This document shows, piece after piece, positions 57,774-64,000 of a DNA stretch of 64,000 bases. Under the pieces are notes generated by a model, which was not told the DNA's origin, did no database searches, and was given only the letters and a program-made list of their open reading frames with translations. How positions within the stretch are numbered: the first letter of the stretch is position 1; the number at the start of each line of letters is the position of its first letter. The stretch is from a virus. Its lineage: Duplodnaviria > Caudoviricetes. Where the stretch lies: the IMG/VR virus record IMGVR_UViG_3300022552_000005, positions 1-64,000 of that record; one strand, given 5' to 3'. The translations under genes and the position numbers were made by a program.

Positions 57774-59984
57774 TTACCTCACAACAATAACCCCTAATGC
57801 CCCGCTACTACTGGCGAAAACCCGCACAGTATTTTTATCTAATAGAACATGATGATCAATTCCTACACTATTATATGTAGTTGGATCGTAGCATTGGACA
57901 ACTACTAACCGATCACCGAAATTATGATGAACATCAGCATAATATAATGAGCCAGATGGAGTCCAACTAGTTACTACCTCAGTATACTTAGTCGCCTGCC
58001 CACCAAAAACACCCGAAACGCCATAAAATACACCATCTGAAGTGATATACCAATTATTATTTGTTCCGCAAAGATCGATATCGACGCCACTTACATTTAC
58101 AACACAACCAGCTGACCGACGAATAAATGAAGCGGCTTGCTCAACTGAACTATCAACATAAATTAAAGCATCAGCAGATGATTTATTTTCAAGTCCTAAA
58201 TCAAGTTCTTGAGCATATATATTATCAACATAAAGATCATTAAATTTAGCCCCACTACTACCAATATTATAAGTCAAAGAAGCAGCAGGAATTAAATTCT
58301 CATCCTTTTTATAAGTATTTGAATCAATGGCGTTTATATCTAATTCTACTTCAGCAATTTTAGCATCTAGCTTAGAAATACCAGAAGCTAAATTATCACC
58401 TGTTTGAACATAATTATTAGATGTATATGTCGGACTTGAGTCATCGTCACTACCAATAAATGTATGAATATTTTTAATATAATCTAATTTCCGCGCAATC
58501 GAAGCTGTTGCCGTATCATCTTCGCCGATTGCTGATAATTGCCCACGATACCAGAAATAACTACCATCGCCACAAATAATACAAAGACGATCTTTATAAG
58601 GGGCAAGCGTAACAATACTTTTACCACTTGGTAATGTGCAAATCAATTTCGTCGAACGTCCATCAAATGCCCAAACCTCATTACCATTAAAAGTATAAAT
58701 CAACTTACCCTGATAAATACACGGTTGTTGCCCAGCACAATCAGAAATTATTTTAACAGCACGCTCTTTTTGATCAATTAACCATAAACCATTTCCACAA
58801 CCATAAGCTCTGCCTTTATAAACAATTCCGTAAGTGCAATGATGTCCAATAGCATAAAAATAACCCTCTTTTACACCATCATACCAACTTACATAATCCT
58901 CATTAGGACCCCAAACATACAATGTATTACCAAGCGAGGTACAACCGAAATTCCAACCCCAGGTACCACCTTGAGCATGAACACGACAAAGAATTCCCCA
59001 GCTATTACCATCATATTTAAAAATTGGTTGTTTGGATCCAGCCGAAGCCCCACCAACAACCGAACAAATTAAATCGCCATTATATTCGGCTAAAGACGTT
59101 GCCCCCCAAGCTCCTCCCGTACCTGATGGTTGACCAATATATTCCAAATTATTTCCATCATAGAGAAATACCCACGTATAATTCCAAGGCGAAATTGAGG
59201 CAATGGCTAACTTACCACGCCAAACCGTTAAACCACCAATCTTAGTTCCAGAACCAGGTGAACACTCTAATTGCCAACCGCTCGGAGTAATACTATAAAC
59301 ATTATCAGAATCACGTGAACCAACAAAAACTTTCCCATTGTAAACGCAAGAATAACACAACCAATCGCCCGGAGACTCGGGTAACTGTCCGCCCGAAACA
59401 ACCGGCATTTCACCATAAGTATCAATATCGACAGTGCTTAAATTAACAGCCAACTCTCCATCTGGGCTAATATGTAACGTACCGCTTCCTACTTGAATAC
59501 CATACAAGAAATTACCAGATTGCGCATAAATAACAGCAAAACGATGGTCCAAGCTGCCGATATCATATAAACCGGATGGAATTAGATCTTCATCTTTACG
59601 ATAATAAAGACTTAAATCAACGCCAGAAACTTGAGCATCAACATAACCTTTTGTCGCTAAATCATAAATATGTTGTGGGATAACACCGCTAATAGTTCCG
59701 GTAAAACCACGAGTACCATCAACTAAAATATATTGTGGATGGTCATCATCGGTAAGCCCAGTTAAAAGTCCATGATCAGTAACGCCACCACCAACTCCGG
59801 ATAACCCAGAAACATTAACTAATAGACGCCCAGTTCCGTCTACAGCAAGCGGATAACCAGTCTCACCCCAACAAAAAACAAAGCCGCTCGCTTGTGCGTC
59901 GGCATTTACTAATAGCTGTCCTTTATCATTAACTTTTATTGTGCGCCCTTCCGGTCCATAACTGAAAATGTATTCGGCAGACAT
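57774..59984 (-). CDS. Virion fibre/appendage protein with beta-propeller and HNLG-type domain (736 aa)
   Basis: Start ATG 59984 with AGGAG SD; DHGLLTGLTDDDHPQY and DLATKGYVD fibre-type motifs; blades YNGKVFVG, WRGKLAI, YNGDLIC, YKGRAYG, YQGKLIY, YKDRLCI; 19 SG. Confidence 0.6.
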   Translation of the reverse strand: MSAEYIFSYGPEGRTIKVNDKGQLLVNADAQASGFVFCWGETGYPLAVDGTGRLLVNVSGLSGVGGGVTDHGLLTGLTDDDHPQYILVDGTRGFTGTISGVIPQHIYDLATKGYVDAQVSGVDLSLYYRKDEDLIPSGLYDIGSLDHRFAVIYAQSGNFLYGIQVGSGTLHISPDGELAVNLSTVDIDTYGEMPVVSGGQLPESPGDWLCYSCVYNGKVFVGSRDSDNVYSITPSGWQLECSPGSGTKIGGLTVWRGKLAIASISPWNYTWVFLYDGNNLEYIGQPSGTGGAWGATSLAEYNGDLICSVVGGASAGSKQPIFKYDGNSWGILCRVHAQGGTWGWNFGCTSLGNTLYVWGPNEDYVSWYDGVKEGYFYAIGHHCTYGIVYKGRAYGCGNGLWLIDQKERAVKIISDCAGQQPCIYQGKLIYTFNGNEVWAFDGRSTKLICTLPSGKSIVTLAPYKDRLCIICGDGSYFWYRGQLSAIGEDDTATASIARKLDYIKNIHTFIGSDDDSSPTYTSNNYVQTGDNLASGISKLDAKIAEVELDINAIDSNTYKKDENLIPAASLTYNIGSSGAKFNDLYVDNIYAQELDLGLENKSSADALIYVDSSVEQAASFIRRSAGCVVNVSGVDIDLCGTNNNWYITSDGVFYGVSGVFGGQATKYTEVVTSWTPSGSLYYADVHHNFGDRLVVVQCYDPTTYNSVGIDHHVLLDKNTVRVFASSSGALGVIVVR

Positions 59985-60030
59985 AGCTTTTTCTCCTCGC
60001 GCAAAATACAACAATACCGTCCATAAATAG

Positions 60031-60039
60031 ATACGTTTT
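60031..60039 (-). promoter_or_regulatory. Candidate late-promoter motif AAAACGTAT just downstream of the MCP terminator
   Basis: Located where transcription would have to restart; 9-nt match to the other two copies. Confidence 0.35.
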
Positions 60040-60049
60040 CTTGTAAAAT

Positions 60050-60076
60050 AAAAAAAGCGGGGCATAAAACCCCGCT
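60050..60076 (-). terminator. Intrinsic terminator after the major capsid gene
   Basis: AGCGGGG-CATAAAA-CCCCGCT hairpin (60056-60076) with an A7 run on its left, i.e. a U-tract on the - strand. Confidence 0.85.
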
Positions 60077-60104
60077 ATTGATTGCAAATTATATTATTTA
60101 ATTA

Positions 60105-61124
60105 TTAGAAGGTACCAATGACTAGGAACCGATTGTCAAGAACCGCAAAACCAATCTCCATAAAGCCGAACCAACCGACCCGATTCGAGCGGAGAAGCGT
60201 GTCGTCTTCGTAAAGCTGGAGATCTTCACGGACAACAAACTTCCGAGTCCGAAGCGCCCAATCACTGGCATCAAGACCAATGCAAAATTCCTTGTCCGTA
60301 TCGCCGCCAGCTACGAACCAGGATGCCTTGTTTGGACCGTCGGTTGATTCAATATAAGTCTGGAACCGCTGACCCTCACCAAGCTCCTGAAGCTCATGCA
60401 GCCGAACACCGAAAATAGTGGGCAGACCGGCAAGCCCCTCACCACGGAAAATCTCATGCCGAGTAATATCATCGACTTCAGCCTGCGACCAGTTCCGAAT
60501 ATCAGCAAGAGCCTCGGGCGAGAGGAAAAGATCAGTCAGCTTGCTGCGCCGCCCACCCGGAAACCGCTTAATAGCAGTCATCATGCCGGTGAGCAGCTTC
60601 TTGGTAAAGGTACCAGCGGCAGCCGAGCTGTCAACAACCCGTCCATTCTCAACCGCGGCAGAAATAATAGTATGCCAACCATCATCATTAAGCTTCCGGG
60701 TAAAGCCATACTTTAGAACGTCCATAGCATCAGCAACAACGTCCCACCGAGCATCGCGGACATATTTTCGGGCAATATCAATTGAATTGCTGATGGTATA
60801 GGTGGGAACATAAACCTCATCGCCCTCAATTAGCCTTTGAGGCGGTGCACCCTCCTTGGCAATCACGAAGGCGACATAATCTTCCTCTTCACCGGGGCTA
60901 AGGAAATGAAGCGGAAACCGCGGATCAACTCCAGGCTCCAGAACCACGCGCTGGAAAACACCATTCAGCGTATCATCTTCCAGAACCGCACCCCTGAAGG
61001 CACCATCGAGTACCTGGGCAAGGGCGCGCTGGTACTTTTTCCGTTCTTCCAGATCGTTGGAAGCCGCTTTCCGAAGCAGCTCACGTTCCTCTTCAGTAAA
61101 AACCTTTTTACCTAACGCACGCAT
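60105..61124 (-). CDS. Major capsid protein (HK97-fold, inferred)
   Basis: 339 aa; strong SD; high-expression codons; own terminator; follows protease/scaffold and decoration genes; VYVPTYTISNSIDIARKYVRDARWDVV and C-terminal RVGWFGFMEIGFAVLD fit HK97 topology. Confidence 0.85.
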   Translation of the reverse strand: MRALGKKVFTEEERELLRKAASNDLEERKKYQRALAQVLDGAFRGAVLEDDTLNGVFQRVVLEPGVDPRFPLHFLSPGEEEDYVAFVIAKEGAPPQRLIEGDEVYVPTYTISNSIDIARKYVRDARWDVVADAMDVLKYGFTRKLNDDGWHTIISAAVENGRVVDSSAAAGTFTKKLLTGMMTAIKRFPGGRRSKLTDLFLSPEALADIRNWSQAEVDDITRHEIFRGEGLAGLPTIFGVRLHELQELGEGQRFQTYIESTDGPNKASWFVAGGDTDKEFCIGLDASDWALRTRKFVVREDLQLYEDDTLLRSNRVGWFGFMEIGFAVLDNRFLVIGTF

Positions 61125-61142
61125 TGTATTCCTCCTCTCTTA

Positions 61143-61592
61143 TTAGCAATTAATCCAAACCTTCACGTATCCATCGCTATCTTTCCCGGTCTCGAACCGA
61201 CCAACCAGCGGATAGGTATAACCATCCAGAGAACCAGACGGAACAAGAACGCCACTCTGATTCACGTAAGCCGGGTCACCGGGGTTGATAGACAGAGACG
61301 GGTGAACAACATTGGTGTAGATCCGCCCAATCTGGAGAACAGGAACCGCTCCGCCAGCCCAGACCTCGAAAGCCTTCTGGTAATTGGCGGGACGAGAATC
61401 ACTTTCATCCGTCACTACGTCATTCAGGAGACAACCAAGCACCTGTGTGTTAGCATTAACCGTGGTGTCAACTTTCTTGACAAAACCCTCGTTGGAAGGA
61501 TCGAGCATTACGAAATAACCACGTTCTGCAGTCTCATTCATGCGGAAAGTCGCAACTTCCGCGATAATCTGCCGTTCGCCTTTTAACGCCAT
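61143..61592 (-). CDS. Capsid decoration / cement protein (beta-tulip-like, inferred)
   Basis: 149 aa between scaffold and MCP (lambda D position); G.I.TN.V...INPGDPAYV...G.L...VGRF.T.KD.DGYVKV; SD GGAGGTGA. Confidence 0.7.
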   Translation of the reverse strand: MALKGERQIIAEVATFRMNETAERGYFVMLDPSNEGFVKKVDTTVNANTQVLGCLLNDVVTDESDSRPANYQKAFEVWAGGAVPVLQIGRIYTNVVHPSLSINPGDPAYVNQSGVLVPSGSLDGYTYPLVGRFETGKDSDGYVKVWINC

Positions 61593-62386
61593 TATTCACC
61601 TCCTTCATTAATCAAACCAATATCTTTCAGGATTTTCCCATACTTATCTACCAAACTTTCATCCTCGTCGGTCGTAAAATCAATCGGATCTTCTTCTTTT
61701 GCAGCGCTGTCCAAAACGTCGTCAATAGTTTCGTCGATTTCGTCAGCAACTTCCTCTTCGACATCCTCAGTCTCTTCCGAAGTGTCCTCTTCAGCAACAT
61801 CCTCTTCGGAAGCATTAACGGTCTGAGAAACTGATTCTTTAACTTTCGCCAAATCTTCGACATAAGCAACAAATTCCTCGTCAGACATATTAATGCAGCG
61901 CTCAACGAGTTTATCCAAAGCATCGCCACTTAAAGCAAACTCAGTCGCAAGAATTCGAGCCCGTTCCTCACGCAATTTCTCAAGCTTAATCTGATCCAGT
62001 TCTTTGTTAATATTATCGAGCCGCTCAGAAATGGCAGCCAAAGCCTTTTCATACTCTTTAATAAGTGCTTCTTTCTCAGCTACTTCTTGACGCAGAAATT
62101 CGAGTTCAGACTCTTCAGCCTTTTCAGGTTCCTCGGATTGCTCTTCCGGCTGTTCCTCTTCTTTTGGCTCTTCTTCAAGTTGCTCTTCCTCGGCAGGCTC
62201 TTCAGCCGGTTCCTCTGGTTGTTCAAGCTGTTCTTCTGGCTGCTCTTCTTCTTTTTCAAGCTTTTCCTCGGGTTTTTCCTCAAGTTTTTCTTCCACTTTT
62301 TCTTCAAGTTTTTCCTCAACTTCGGGCTCCTTTTTATCTTCAGAAGCAACCGTCTGAGCGATATTTTCTAATTTTTTATCCTCCAT
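61592..62386 (-). CDS. Nested in-frame scaffolding protein (264 aa) from internal ATG
   Basis: AGGAGGTGAT (62397-62388) directly precedes in-frame ATG 62386 (Met245, MEDKKLE...), at the protease/acidic domain boundary. Confidence 0.65.
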   Translation of the reverse strand: MEDKKLENIAQTVASEDKKEPEVEEKLEEKVEEKLEEKPEEKLEKEEEQPEEQLEQPEEPAEEPAEEEQLEEEPKEEEQPEEQSEEPEKAEESELEFLRQEVAEKEALIKEYEKALAAISERLDNINKELDQIKLEKLREERARILATEFALSGDALDKLVERCINMSDEEFVAYVEDLAKVKESVSQTVNASEEDVAEEDTSEETEDVEEEVADEIDETIDDVLDSAAKEEDPIDFTTDEDESLVDKYGKILKDIGLINEGGE

Positions 62387-63118
62387 AATCACCTCCTCGT
62401 TACCAAACTTAACAGTATCAATTACGTAATCATCCAAATTAACCACTTCTTGTTCAAGCGCAGCGACCTCTTCGGAAACAGATTTAATTACACTATCTTT
62501 ATTGGCAGGATGACGAACCAAACCGATACCTCCAATAATAATATTCCTTAAAACCCTGCCTACGCGCTGTCCGTCTAACTCACCGCTACCGCCATTAACC
62601 TTCAAAACCGGGTCAAGCACCCTCGCCGTTACCTCATTACGCCTAACAATCTTATCTCCAACCAAGTAATCATAATCAGTGAAATAAGCTTCAACCGAAA
62701 CAAACAATTCACCTGTGGCTGCTTTTTGCCTTATCTCACGCGCTTTTCCCGGAAAAATATAGGCATACATTACAGCCCGGTTAATTACATCAAATTCCGC
62801 TGGAACCTGACCCGGATTTTGAAGTACTATATTATCATCTATCCGTTCCCCGGATTTAGTTGCCAAATAGGCATCAATCATATGTCCAACAATTTTTTCT
62901 TCTTGATGTTCAATATTAAGTGGCTTATGGCGAGCGGTTTTATAAGCAGCTAAAAGCTCATCACGTAGGAAAACATCGTCATTAGCATTAATGCCAACAG
63001 AAACCAAAACGGAATCGATTACAAGCAGATCTGGTTGTTCTTCGACGTAAATAGAGTCATCGAGCGTTTTTGGTTCAGTAATTACACTTGCTTTAGCTAA
63101 AAATCGTGTTTTGTACAT
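61592..63118 (-). CDS. Prohead protease fused to an acidic scaffold domain
   Basis: N-half NANDDVF...KPLNIEH...IVGH, VSVE, GGIGLVRHPA (assemblin/HK97-protease-like His/Ser motifs); C-half Glu-rich coiled coil. Confidence 0.75.
   Translation of the reverse strand: MYKTRFLAKASVITEPKTLDDSIYVEEQPDLLVIDSVLVSVGINANDDVFLRDELLAAYKTARHKPLNIEHQEEKIVGHMIDAYLATKSGERIDDNIVLQNPGQVPAEFDVINRAVMYAYIFPGKAREIRQKAATGELFVSVEAYFTDYDYLVGDKIVRRNEVTARVLDPVLKVNGGSGELDGQRVGRVLRNIIIGGIGLVRHPANKDSVIKSVSEEVAALEQEVVNLDDYVIDTVKFGNEEVIMEDKKLENIAQTVASEDKKEPEVEEKLEEKVEEKLEEKPEEKLEKEEEQPEEQLEQPEEPAEEPAEEEQLEEEPKEEEQPEEQSEEPEKAEESELEFLRQEVAEKEALIKEYEKALAAISERLDNINKELDQIKLEKLREERARILATEFALSGDALDKLVERCINMSDEEFVAYVEDLAKVKESVSQTVNASEEDVAEEDTSEETEDVEEEVADEIDETIDDVLDSAAKEEDPIDFTTDEDESLVDKYGKILKDIGLINEGGE
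62100..62330 (-). repeat. Low-complexity EEK(L/V/P) / EEP / EEQ tetrapeptide repeats in the scaffold linker
   Basis: EEKLEEKVEEKLEEKPEEKLEKEEEQPEEQLEQPEEPAEEPAEEE; about 12-nt periodicity. Confidence 0.8.
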
Positions 63119-63119
63119 T

Positions 63120-63719
63120 TTACTCGCGGAGCAGTACGCCCAGATACTCTACAAGATCTCGGAGAGATTCAACATTGAATGCATCCTGGTGGAAAACAAC
63201 GCCTCGCAAAGCGCCTTGAGCATCACGGTAAACCTCAAAGCTCATGAGGTATTCAGCGCCATCAGCCCCGGCAATTAACTCGACCGTTTCGACCGTACCA
63301 GTCTTCCTAATATCGAGTAACGCCGCCTTCGTCTTCTCTTTAACAAATTTAGAATTCGGAAGAAGGGCACGGGCATGCCTTACAAGATGAGCCTTAGCCT
63401 TAGCACGTGCTTTAGGAGAAAGCCGCGTCTTCTTTTGAACTACCCGAGCAAGAGCATTCCGCAAATGGGGAATATCAACAGTGCTATTCTCATTAGGATT
63501 CTTTACCTTATGATTGTGATGGGGGAGATGGCGCAACCGACGAGGTACCGTCTTTCCTTCCTCATCTTTCTTGCCGCCTGGTTCAATGTACGCAAAAGCA
63601 GCATCCGGAAGATCGTTGATGTATTTCCGAGTCCACCGCTTAGCCTCGGTCTTTTCCTCCTTTAGTTCGCGCAGTTTAGCTTCAACCTTATCTAATTGTT
63701 CACGAATCTTATCCAGCAT
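63120..63719 (-). CDS. Head-module protein of unknown function (YINDLPD...HLRNALAR domain)
   Basis: Strong SD AGGAGG; basic, His-rich; INDLPDAAFAY...PHLRNALAR resembles DUF6582-like phage head-region domains (from memory, unverified). Confidence 0.55.
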   Translation of the reverse strand: MLDKIREQLDKVEAKLRELKEEKTEAKRWTRKYINDLPDAAFAYIEPGGKKDEEGKTVPRRLRHLPHHNHKVKNPNENSTVDIPHLRNALARVVQKKTRLSPKARAKAKAHLVRHARALLPNSKFVKEKTKAALLDIRKTGTVETVELIAGADGAEYLMSFEVYRDAQGALRGVVFHQDAFNVESLRDLVEYLGVLLRE

Positions 63720-63999
63720 TGTTACCTCCTACTTTTTCTAACATCATCCGAATTACATCTGTTTGATTGTCAATAGCCTCAATAATCCGTTGGCTATTAT
63801 TAATTGAATTTAAATCATGTTTTTCCATTGCTTTAGCAAGCTCATTACTACTAGAAGTTAAATGTGATAAATGGTTTGTAATTATTGAACGCTGTTCCTC
63901 CATTAATTTTTGCCATGCTTCACGGTCTTCTTTGTGAGAATTAATTATATATTTAAGTAAAACCCAGCAAACTACACCCATTGCACACGCCAAAGCAAC
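63709..63999 (-). CDS. Membrane-anchored small protein (holin/BhlA-like?), 5'-truncated
   Basis: Frame open to the window edge; hydrophobic VALACAMGVVCWVLLKY followed by a charged coiled coil. Confidence 0.4.
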   Translation of the reverse strand, partial: VALACAMGVVCWVLLKYIINSHKEDREAWQKLMEEQRSIITNHLSHLTSSSNELAKAMEKHDLNSINNSQRIIEAIDNQTDVIRMMLEKVGGNNAG

Positions 64000-64000
64000 G

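Noticed and set aside
60311-62388. Several 65-127-aa alternative-frame and antisense ORFs over the MCP, decoration and scaffold genes
   Set aside because: By-products of high GC3 and low-complexity repeats; no independent signals.
1-64000. Stop-codon reassignment (code 15 or 4), common in some large phages
   Set aside because: All core genes are full length under code 11, and TAA, TAG and TGA all end genes at sensible, often coupled positions.
1-64000. CRISPR array, tRNA genes, integrase, inteins/introns
   Set aside because: No regularly spaced direct repeats, cloverleafs or integrase motifs were seen; DnaE, DnaB and RecA have normal lengths without intein motifs.

Overview
This window is a fragment of a large tailed dsDNA bacteriophage genome (Caudoviricetes-type, AT-rich at roughly 37% GC by eye, standard genetic code 11). 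It has two converging arms that meet at an intrinsic terminator near 22.2 kb. The + strand arm (1-22.2 kb) carries a bacterial-type replication/recombination module: RecA, DUF559-like nuclease, DnaB, DnaG-like primase, dNMP kinase, solo Cas4-like nuclease, DnaE and SSB. This is followed by a sugar/DNA-modification island with three glycosyltransferase genes (about 6 GT domains), a PRTase, four DNA methyltransferases, a UDP-xylose-synthase-like enzyme and a PD-(D/E)XK nuclease. The - strand arm (64-22.2 kb) is the virion module: protease with a probable nested scaffold, decoration protein, major capsid protein, three head-proximal fibre/propeller proteins, head-tail joining proteins, tail tube, chaperones, a 2091-aa tape measure and about 19 kb of duplicated tail-tip/fibre genes. 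No sheath, portal or terminase is visible in the window. The most striking unexplained signal is a strong excess of Ser-Gly dipeptides, restricted to surface-type virion proteins. It occurs in a genome that also encodes UDP-xylose synthesis and many glycosyltransferases, which suggests a phage-encoded Ser-Gly-directed virion O-glycosylation system. Other signals: near-absence of GGCC, a nested scaffold start with a perfect SD, a candidate late-promoter motif, and three paralogous tail-protein families. All family calls come from motif recognition by eye; no database searches were run.
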